Assembly (NCBI GenBank): GCA_964016885.1
Contig: OZ024752.1
Span: forward strand, 6,076,001 to 6,140,000
DNA length: 64,000 nt
Reading direction: 5' to 3'
Origin: Eledone cirrhosa
Lineage: Eukaryota
This document shows, in pieces, positions 14,935-64,000 of this stretch. The notes under the pieces are model-generated. The model was not told the DNA's origin. It saw nothing but the letters and a program-made list of their open reading frames with translations, and did no database searches. Positions within the stretch are counted from its first letter, which is position 1. Each line of letters opens with the position of its first letter. Made by a program: the position numbers and the translations under genes.

Positions 14935-16377
14935 TGTATAAAGACGGTCTACACCATAAACACTCCTATCCACAGTTTTTCAAAAGATGGCGAAATGTAC
15001 CGACCTGATTTTTCTCGAAGACATTTTTTCCTTTCTATGCTTGCTCACTCTCCTCTGTCTTTCCATTTCTTCTTTAATATTTCAATCTTTAATATATATC
15101 TTCATTGTAATTTATCGTCTGCGTCGCCCATTTCCGGTTGGTCCCCAGCTCTGTGGTAATGACAATAAAAAAAATTGGAGGTGGAAAACTCTACACCATT
15201 GACAGAACGGTACCTCTTAGCTGTACCCCGAGAACAAGATGGTGGAAGCCAGTGACCCCCGCTGTATTAGTTATCCACCTCACACAGTTCTTTCGTCAGG
15301 CGAGACCTACTCGCCATGCTTTTTCGGAGGAAAACGTCAACATCCGGCGACCAAGGATACCGGAAGTCTCGATGGTAACTACCACAAGAAGGAAGTGGTC
15401 GGTCAAATCCTGGTGTTTTGTTGTCTTCCGTTCCTCAGCGTAACCGGCAGTGGGTGGGTGCCCGGATTTGTGGCGGAGGTTGGAACCGGAGAACGTGTCG
15501 CAACATATAACATTCTATATTAGAGATGTATCTCCTTTGAACGGGAAAAGAGTTATATCCTCGCAATCGGGGCCGACAGGTTCCAATATAGAAGTATTTA
15601 GATTTGATACAACACCCCGTTACTACCAACTACTAACCCTACCTTGCCACCATCTTTAGTCTTTAGATCACTGACAGTTAACTGTCTTTTCTGCCAGTTC
15701 TATGCAACACTGGGTTGTAAACCATCAATATCCAAACAAATCGAACGCCTCAAATATGTGAGGGTAGTGAAAGAAGTCAAGTAAAGCCCGTCCCGAGAGG
15801 AGAGACCACCTATAAGACTGATTCAGTCAAAAGTCATTTATTGTAGATAAAAAGAGTATTAAATACCACAACCATAAATAGGACGGGGGAGGGGGGGTGC
15901 AATCATCATGTGACTGATTTCTGTCAGATATACAGGTGTTTTAAAAGGTGTCTGGGGTGTTTCATTACGTAGTGAGAATGGATGTGGGTATGTGATAAAC
16001 AACAATTGAATGAAGAGAGTTACATGTTGAATCCCGAGCAAGATATGTGTCCAGAAAATGTTTTCAATTCAAAACATTACAACCACCTTTCACCTTTCCA
16101 ATGTGAGGTAGGTTGATAAAATAAACATCAGACATGTACTAAAATATAGTTTTTCGACTGTATCCCCCCTTCCTCAAATTGTGCTACCGTCGTTATGCCA
16201 AACGCTCCTGGTTTTATGATACGAAAGAAAAAAAAAATCGTCAATTATAATTGTATGTAAGAACCTTCGTTAAGTTATGTTCCAAATACCAGCTTAATAA
16301 TTAGAAACTTAGTTATATTAATTACTAAATCCCTCTAAATTCTTGATTGTTTTTGAAATTATTTGTAAATCAGAGTC

Positions 16378-16683
16378 AGTGTCTTTCATTGTAAATATGG
16401 CAACGAAAGAGTGAAGACTCTCTTTCATTGTAAATATGGCAACGAAAGAGTGAAGACTCTCTTTCATTGTAAATATGGCAACGAAAGAGTGAAGACTCTC
16501 TTTCATTATAAATATGGTAACGAAAGAGTGATGACTGTCTTTCATTATAAATATGGTAACGAAAGGTTTAAAGCAGTGTCTTTCATTATAAATATGGCAA
16601 CGAAAGGTTTAAAATAGTGTCTTTCATTAGAAATATGGTAACGAAAGAGTTAAAGCAGTGTCTTTCATTAGAAATATGGTAAC
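16378..16683. repeat. 39-bp tandem repeat, ~8 copies
   Basis: Unit tctttcattgtaaatatggcaacgaaagagtgaagactc. Confidence 0.85.
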
Positions 16684-17308
16684 TTCATATCTTTCCGATG
16701 TGAAGTTGATGAATTATGTACCAGTCATATACTGAGGTATGATAGTTCATTGAGTATATTCTTCATCTTAGGTCCCATAACTCCCGGTGAAGTTGTTGGG
16801 GCACTGTAGTGACATACGATGTTTCTTGGGTATTTCTAAAACATGGAGGAGTCCATCTCTCTCCCCCAGGTCTGAACACAACAGATTTCTTCCAGAGAAG
16901 GATAGAAAGTGAGAGAGAGGACGCGAGAAAGAGATATAGAGGAAGAACCGACCCCAGAACTTGACTGGTACTTATCGACCTCGAATGGATAGAAGACAAA
17001 GTTCACCTCGGCGGGTTTTGAACTCAGAGAGAAGAGAGACGGAACAAATGCCATACAGCATTCTATCTGACATTTTCTCTGACTCTGTTATTTTGCCATT
17101 CTACTCATTCTTACCTTCCACGAAATATGTGACTCTTTTCTTTTTGTAGCCAAATGTTCAGACAGGAATATTTCATGCGAGAGAACGCCGGGCGTTTGCT
17201 GACTAATATTTGAAGACGTAATAGAACTGCAGTTAGTTATGTCGGCGAGGAAATAGAGCCTGAACAATATTTTGTAAAAAAAACGTTAAGTAGTGGTTCT
17301 ATTGAGTA

Positions 17309-56081
<38,773 letters not shown>

Positions 56082-56130
56082 GTGAGTTATTTAATTAAGT
56101 TTGTCTCCCGAATATCGAACCTCAAGACGC

Positions 56131-56441
56131 TATCGTGGGTGGGTGTCTAAGGACTGGTATCGTGGGTGGGAGTCTAAGGACTGGTATCGTGGGTGGGAGT
56201 CTAAGGGCTGGTATCGTGGGTGGGAGTCTAAGGGCTGGTATCGTGGGTTGGAGTCTAAGGACTGGTATCGTGGGTAGGAGTCTAAGGACTGGTATCGTGG
56301 GTGGGAGTCTAAGGACTGGTATCGTGGGTTGTATTCTAAGGACTGGTATCGTGGGTGGGAGTCTAAGGACTGGTATCGTGGGTTGTATTCTAAGGACTGG
56401 TATCGTGGGTGGGAGTCTAAGGACTGGTATCGTGGGTGGGA
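56131..56441. repeat. 27-bp minisatellite, ~11 copies
   Basis: Unit ggtatcgtgggtgggagtctaaggact. Confidence 0.9.
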
Positions 56442-56967
56442 AGAACTAAGAACTCCTCATGCGAAGGGACCATGCGGCGCTGGATTGGTGGGGTCGTTAT
56501 AACTTTGGACAAAATCATTTGCTCCGGGTTCTTTATGTTTTGAGTTCAAATTCCATTGAGGTCAGCTTTGCCTTTCACCCACCTGGGGGTCGATAGAGTG
56601 GAGTACCAGTTATGTGCTGGGGCGCGTCAATTTGGTCAACTTTACCTAGTGGTGAATTATATATAGCCACTGTTGTAATGTGACTGTATTTGGCTGCTAT
56701 TTCTAGCAGGATGAGCTACCTGTGGAGGACTGTAGTTACAGTTGCTATGAAACAGAGATAAGATGCACCAGATTCCTTTGATGTCTACTTCCGTGGAATG
56801 GTGAAGTTTCTATGGCAACAGCATCAGAGCCTCTCTAGATAAGACGATGCAGTGGGGCGGCGGTGTTGGTGGCAGTAGATGTAGACAACGGTGAGGGTGG
56901 GGTTCCTTATATCGAACATCATCATCATCAACATCTTAGTTATTATTATCATCACCATTACTATCAA

Positions 56968-58985
56968 CATCACCACCACCACCACCACCACCACCACCAC
57001 CACCACCGCCACTGCCACCACCACTGCCACCACCACCATCACCACCACCACTGCCACCACCACCACCACCACCACCACCACCACCACCACCACCATCACC
57101 ACCACCACCACCACCACTGCCACCACCACCACCACCACCACCACCACCACCACCACCACCACCACCACCACCACCACTACCACCACCACCACCACCACTG
57201 CCACCACCACCACCACCACCACCATCACCACCACCACTGCCACCACTGCCACCACCACCACCACCACCACCACCACCACCACCACCACCATCACCACCAC
57301 CACTGCCACCACTGCCACCACCACCACCACCACCACCACCACCACCACCACCACCACCACCACCACCACCACCGCCACTGCCACCACCACTGCCACTACC
57401 ACCACCACCACCACCACCACCACCACCACCACCACCACCACCACCACCACCACCGCCACTGCCACCACCACTGCCACCACCACCACCACCACCACCACCA
57501 CCACCACCACCACCACCACCGCCGCCACTGCCACCACCACTGCCACCACCACCACCACCACCACCACCACCACCACCACCACCACCACCACCACTGCCAC
57601 CACCACCACCACCACCACCACCACCACCACCACCACCACTGCCACCACCACCACCACCACCACCACCACCACTGCCACCACCACCACCACCACCACCACC
57701 ACCACCACCACCACCACCACCACTGCCACCACCACTGCCACCACCACCACCACCACCACCACCACCACCACCACCACTGCCACCACCACCACCACCACCA
57801 CCACCACCACCACCACCACCACCACCACTGCCACCACCACCACCACCACCACCACCACCACCGCCACTGCCACCACCACTGCCACCACCACCACCACCAC
57901 CACCGCCGCCACCACCACCACCACCACCACCACCACCACCACCACCGCCGCCGCCACCACCACCACCACCACCACCACCACTACCACCACCACCACCACC
58001 ACCACCACCACCACCACCACCACCACCACCACCGCCACTGCCACCACCACTGCCACCACCACCACCACCACCACCGCCGCCACCACCACCACCACCACCA
58101 CCACCACCACCACCACCACTGCCACCACCACCACCACCACCACCACCACCACCGCCACTGCCACCACCACTGCCACCACCACCACCACCACCACCACCAC
58201 CACCACCACTGCCACCACTGCCACCACCACCACCACCACCACCACCACCACCACCACCACCACCACCACTGCCACCACCACCACCACCACCACCACCACC
58301 ACCACCACCACCACCACCACCACCACTGCCACCACCACCACCACCACCACCACCACCACCACCACCACCACCACCACCACTGCCACCACCACCACCACCA
58401 CCACCACCACCACCACCACCACCACTGCCACCACCACCACCACCACCACCACCACCACCACCGCCACTGCCACCACCACTGCCACCACCACCACCACCAC
58501 CGCCGCCACCACCACCACCACCACCACCACCACCACCACCACCACCACCACCGCCGCCGCCACCACCACCACCACCACCACCACCACTACCACCACCACC
58601 ACCACCACCGCCGCCGCCACCACCACCACCACTACCACCACCACTACCACCACCACCACCACCACCACCACTACCACCACCACCACCACCACCACCACCG
58701 CCGCCACTGCCACCACCACCACCACCACCACCACCACCACCACCACCACCACCGCCGCCACTGCCACCACCACCACCACCGCCGCCACTGCCACCACCAC
58801 CACCACCACCACCACCACCACCACCACTACCACCACCACCACCACCACCACCACTACCACCACCACCACCACCACCACCACCGCCGCCACTGCCACCACC
58901 ACCACCACCACCACCACCACCACCACCACCACCACCACCACCACCACCACCACCACCACTACCACCACCACCACCACCACCACCA
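56968..58985. repeat. ~2-kb (ACC)n array with GCC/ACT interruptions
   Basis: Direct reading; source of the poly-H/T/V/G ORFs. Confidence 0.95.
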
Positions 58986-59114
58986 GTAATAAACATGCAA
59001 CCAAAGGTTTACTGAAAATAACACTACCCCACACCAACCACGGCCCCTCCAAAACTCGAACTTCTGTCTATTTATAGGCACACGGCAGGTGAAATATGTT
59101 GGGGAGGGGGTGAC

Positions 59115-59418
59115 TGTAGTGGTGGTGGTGGTGGTAGTGGTGGTGGTGGTAGTGGTGATGGTGGTGATGGTCGTGGTGGTGGTGGTGGTGGTGGCGGCGG
59201 TGGTGGTGGTGGTGGTGGTGGTGGTAGTGGTAGTAGTGGTGGTGGTGGTGGTGGTGATAGTGGTGGTGGTGGTGATGATGGTGGTAGTGGTGGTGGTGGT
59301 AGTAGTGGTGGTGGTGGTGGTGGTAGTGGTGGTGGTGGTAGTGGTGATGGTGGTAGTGGTGGTGGTGGTAGTGGTGGAGCTGATGTTGGCGGCGTTGTGG
59401 TGCTGGAGGTGTTAAAGC

Positions 59419-59473
<55 letters not shown>

Positions 59474-59590
59474 TGTTGTTGTGGTGGTCGTAGTTAATAT
59501 TGTTGCCAACACAACCGTCACAGACGTTGTTAACGTCAAAACTAATTCTTCTTCCGTTATCTTCACTACTTCCGGGCTAAATGTTGCTGT

Positions 59591-59644
<54 letters not shown>

Positions 59645-59705
59645 CACCACTACTACTACTGCTACTACTACTACTACTACCACCAGCACAACTACTACTA
59701 CCACA

Positions 59706-59758
<53 letters not shown>

Positions 59759-61075
59759 CAGCACTACTACTACTACTACCACTACAACAACAACAACTAC
59801 TACAACTACTACTACAACTACTACTACCACTACAACTACTACTACTACTACCACCACTACAACTACTACTACAACTACTACTACAACTACTACTACCACT
59901 ACAACTACTACTACAACTACTACTACTACTATTACTACTACAACTACTACCACTACTACCACTACTACTACTACTACTACTACTGTAGTGATGTGGGTGT
60001 TAGCGACATCAACGGTGCCGCTACCTCCTCTAGTGGCACCGTCATTCCCACCACCTCTCCCCCACCAACATCATCACCCCCCATTACCGTCATCGCCACC
60101 ACCCCTAGCGTCACCGTCACCACCAACACACGTCCTCCACCACCACCACCACTACTGCCGTCATCGCCACCGCCGCCACCATCATCACCCCCACCGCCAC
60201 CACCGCTATCACCGAGGCCACCAACGCTACCGTCAACACCTTAACTACACCACCACCACCACCAACAGCTGTTAACTGGCTCCTCCTTATCCTGTCAATC
60301 AAATCTGTCCCACCCACACTGTTACAGTTGCCGCTGACGCCACGCCCACATGTACCGTCACGTCATCAACGCTGCCGTTAATATCGCTTCTCACTACCGT
60401 TCAACCTCCCCCTCCCTCTACAGATACACCGCCAGAAATAGTTGCCGCCTCCACATTCACCACCACTGCCGTTAACGACGCCACCATACGACGTCTTCGC
60501 CGTCTTAATGACTCCCACCTCCCCACTTCCACAACCACCATAGCCACCACTCTCCCCACTTCCACATCCGCCACCGTCACCACCGTCACCACCCTCCCAC
60601 TTCCACTTCCACGCCCGTCACCACCCTCCCACTTCCACCCCCCACTTCCACAACCACCACAACCACCACCCTCCCCACTTCCACAGCCACCACCGTCACC
60701 ACCCTCCCACTTCCACTTCCACGCCCGTCACCACCCTCCCACTTCCACTTCCACGCCCGTCACCACCCTCCCACTTCCACTTCCACCACCGTCACCACCC
60801 TCCCACTTCCACTTCCACGCCCGTCACCACCCTCCCACTTCCACCCCCCACTTCCACAACCACCACAACCACTACCCTCCCCACTTCCACAGCCACCACC
60901 GTCACCACCCTCCCACTTCCACTTCCACGCCCGTCACCACCCTCCCACTTCCACTTCCACGCCCGTCACAACCCTCCCACTTCCACTTCCACAACCGTCA
61001 CCACCGTCACCACCCTCCCCCTTCCACCCCCCTTCCACAACCACCACCGTCACCACCGTCACCACCGTCGCCATC
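59115..61075. repeat. Low-complexity block: (GGT)n, (TAG)n, (CTA)n, then C-rich ccacttccac repeats
   Basis: Direct reading. Confidence 0.85.
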
Positions 61076-61763
61076 ATACGACGTCAGCGGTATTCCCTCC
61101 CTTAACTACATGATGACGGTGCAGGAGAGTTCCTTTGTAGCCGTCTAGAGTTACGTTAACCAACGTTCACGTGCCACAATCAACAGCTGGCACGTTAGAA
61201 ATACCGCTACCCCCCCCCCCCGTCCTTGCTCCGCTTCCTCACTCTCTCTCTTTCTCTCTTCCTTTCAGACACACACACACACACGTACACGCACACGTAC
61301 GCACACACGTACACACACACACATACACACACACGTACACATACGTAACAGTCGAGTATTTTCTTCTAAGTCAAACCACGTGTTCCTACATCAAACGTTT
61401 TCTCCTCCTCCTCCACCATATTTACAATGTCAGACAGCCGGTGACGGCGTTTTGCTTATATATTTGGCGGGAAAACTGACGTTAAAGCTGAATGAGAAAT
61501 ACACACATGTCTGGGATTTTGGCGGGAAACGTGACGTTACCACTGAACTAGATGTTAGCAGACATCTCGTTTTTACAATTTGGCGCGAAAACTGACGTTG
61601 CAACTGACTCCGATGTTCTCGTACAAACGCGCGCACACACACACACACACACACGTACATAAAATTTAGCGGGAAACATGACGTTACAACTCAATCAGCT
61701 GTTTGCTGCACACACACAATATGGCGGGAAAACTAGCGCTGCGACGGGATTAAATGTTGGTAA

Positions 61764-61772
<9 letters not shown>

Positions 61773-61816
<44 letters not shown>

Positions 61817-62650
61817 CACACACATGTACACACACACATGTACGCACACACATGTACACGCACACATGTACACACACACATGTACACACACATGTACACA
61901 CACACATGTACACACACATGTACAGACACACACGTACACACACACATGTACACACACATGTACACACACACATGTACACACACATGTACACACACACATG
62001 TACACACACACATGTACACACACACGTGTGCACACACACATGTACACACACATGTACACACACATGTACACACACACATGTACACACACATGTACAGACA
62101 CACATGTACACACACATGTACACACACACATGTACACACACATGTACACACACACATGTACACACACATGTACAGACACACGTACACACACACATGTACA
62201 CACACACGTACACACACACATGTACACACACATGTACACACACACATGTACACACACATGTACACACACACATGTACACACACACATGTACACACACACG
62301 TGTACACACACACGTGTACACACACATGTACACACACATGTACACACACATGTACACACACACATGTACACACACATGTACACACACACATGTACACACA
62401 CACATGTACACACACATACATAGGGAGAATATGGAAGGGGAAATTGACGTTCGTATGCACACACCCATTAACACACACACACATTAACACACACCCATTA
62501 ACACACACACATTAACACACACCCATTAACACACACACATTAACACACACATTAATACACACACATACATTAACACATTAACACACACACATACATTAAC
62601 ACACACACACACATTAACACATTAACACACACACATTAACACACACACAC
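61773..62650. repeat. (CA)n array punctuated by TGTA, then CATTAA
   Basis: Direct reading. Confidence 0.9.
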
Positions 62651-62959
62651 ACCAATATTATAGTTGGACTTCTGACGATCAACAGAATGTCTTACTCATG
62701 AAATTAACGTGCAAGTGACTGAGCATTCTACAGACACGAGTACTCTTTAACGTAGTTCTCAGGGAGATTCAGCATTCTACAGACAAGAGTACTCTTTAAC
62801 ATAGTTCTCAGGGAGATTCGGCATGACACAGACACGTGTACTCTTTAACGTAGTTTTAGGGAACAACGAGAAAAGAAAACTCAAACTTGGCCCCTAATAA
62901 TATATATATATGTGTGTGTGTGTGTGTGTATATGTATATATGTGTGTGTGTGTGTGTGA

Positions 62960-63273
62960 GAGAAGATCCCGTTAAGGGTTGGACGGGTCCTATTCAGCAC
63001 AGCATCTCTCCACTTGTCACCGGCCTTCGTCATCTCCTCGGTGAGTTTCAACAATCTGAGGTCTGCTCTCACCACCCCCGCCCATATTTTACGTGGTCTA
63101 CCTCTACTGCGTCTTCCTTCTACTGGGATTCCTTGGCACTTCTTTACCCATCTGTCATCCTCCATGCGTATCACTTGTCCATACCACCTCAGCCTTCTCC
63201 CATGCACACCACAACTTATCCCGCTTGTACCCAGTTTCTTTCTCAACTCGTCTATGCTTGGTCGTGTGGACAA
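62960..63273 (-). mobile_element. RTE LINE 3' fragment; related piece at 27690-27790
   Basis: RLRWYGQVIRME..GRRSRGRPRKIW..DKWR. Confidence 0.75.
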
Positions 63274-64000
63274 CGTGTGAAGAATTCATTTCTTGTGTTT
63301 AGGCAATCGCTATTGCATATATATATATATATATTGTATGCATCATACCTCGGTATTTTCACACAAAAGCTAGGGTGGAGAGAGATGTTTCTTGGCATAA
63401 CAAACAGAATTATAATAAAATATAGAATAAATAAATAAAATATTGTAGAAAATTAGAAGAAAGGTTTAAACGAGAGGCAAGCCGTATGTAAATGGTATTG
63501 AAAAGGTGAGATAGAAGATTGCGAGAACAAAAAACTTGTTAAACGATGTTTGTCTAGTTTCCATCATCAGCTGTTGTTCCCATAGCAACAGAACAGCAAC
63601 GCCAGTAAAGGTTTAGTCAAAGTTTCACCCCCACCCCCACCCCAGTAGTTTAATAAGACAATATTTTACAGGTGTGTGTGTGTGTACATACATATATGTA
63701 CAGTGTGTGTGTGTGTATGTGTGTGTGTGTGTGTGTGTGTGTACATATATGTACAGTGTGTGTGTGTGTGTGTATATACATACATATATGTACAGTGTGT
63801 GTGTGTGTGTATATGTATGTATGTACAGTGTGTGTGTGTGTGTGTGTGTGTGTGTACATACATATATATATACAGTGTGTGTGTGTGTGTGTATTCCTCC
63901 GATACGTCAGTCACAATAACGTAAAGTTTTCCCGCCAAATAATAAACGAAACGCCGCCAACGTTTGACTGTCGGCGTGAACGGAAAACTTAATTGTAACG

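Noticed and set aside
15130-15510. GC-richer island resembling a solo LTR
   Set aside because: Could not define both termini, a TSD, PBS or PPT.
56839-56894. Candidate terminal exon DKTMQWGGGVGGSRCRQR*
   Set aside because: In phase but low-complexity, with no transmembrane segment or other support.
56824-59077. 700-aa poly-His/Thr/Val/Gly ORFs
   Set aside because: All derive from one (ACC)n array; no phase-compatible splice link to exon 12.

Overview
AT-rich, microsatellite- and TE-saturated animal DNA; the SINE/LINE repertoire and simple-repeat density suggest a coleoid cephalopod (octopus-like), which is inference. Almost all ORFs in the supplied track are microsatellite artefacts. Reading splice sites by hand gives one + strand gene with 12 phase-compatible coding exons (17309-56081, 406 codons, 3' end not found). 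It encodes signal peptide - Ig domain - TSP1-like Cys/Trp module - Ig domain, the architecture of FAM187A-like proteins. The most notable non-genic signal is about 13 minimal type I hammerhead-ribozyme motifs (CUGANGA-stem II-GAAA-short, often palindromic stem III-UH, with covarying stem I). They sit in short Penelope-like terminal modules embedded in microsatellites, often as inverted pairs, and six are sense-oriented in introns of the gene. Also present: microsatellite-associated R4/Dong fragments; Tx1/L1, RTE, CR1 and Hero-like fragments; a decayed Tc1/mariner; a hAT MITE; a candidate non-autonomous Helitron; two abundant tRNA-SINE families; a 1.5-kb palindrome; and several minisatellites, two of which overlap or mimic splice signals. 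All calls are by eye; no database searches were run.
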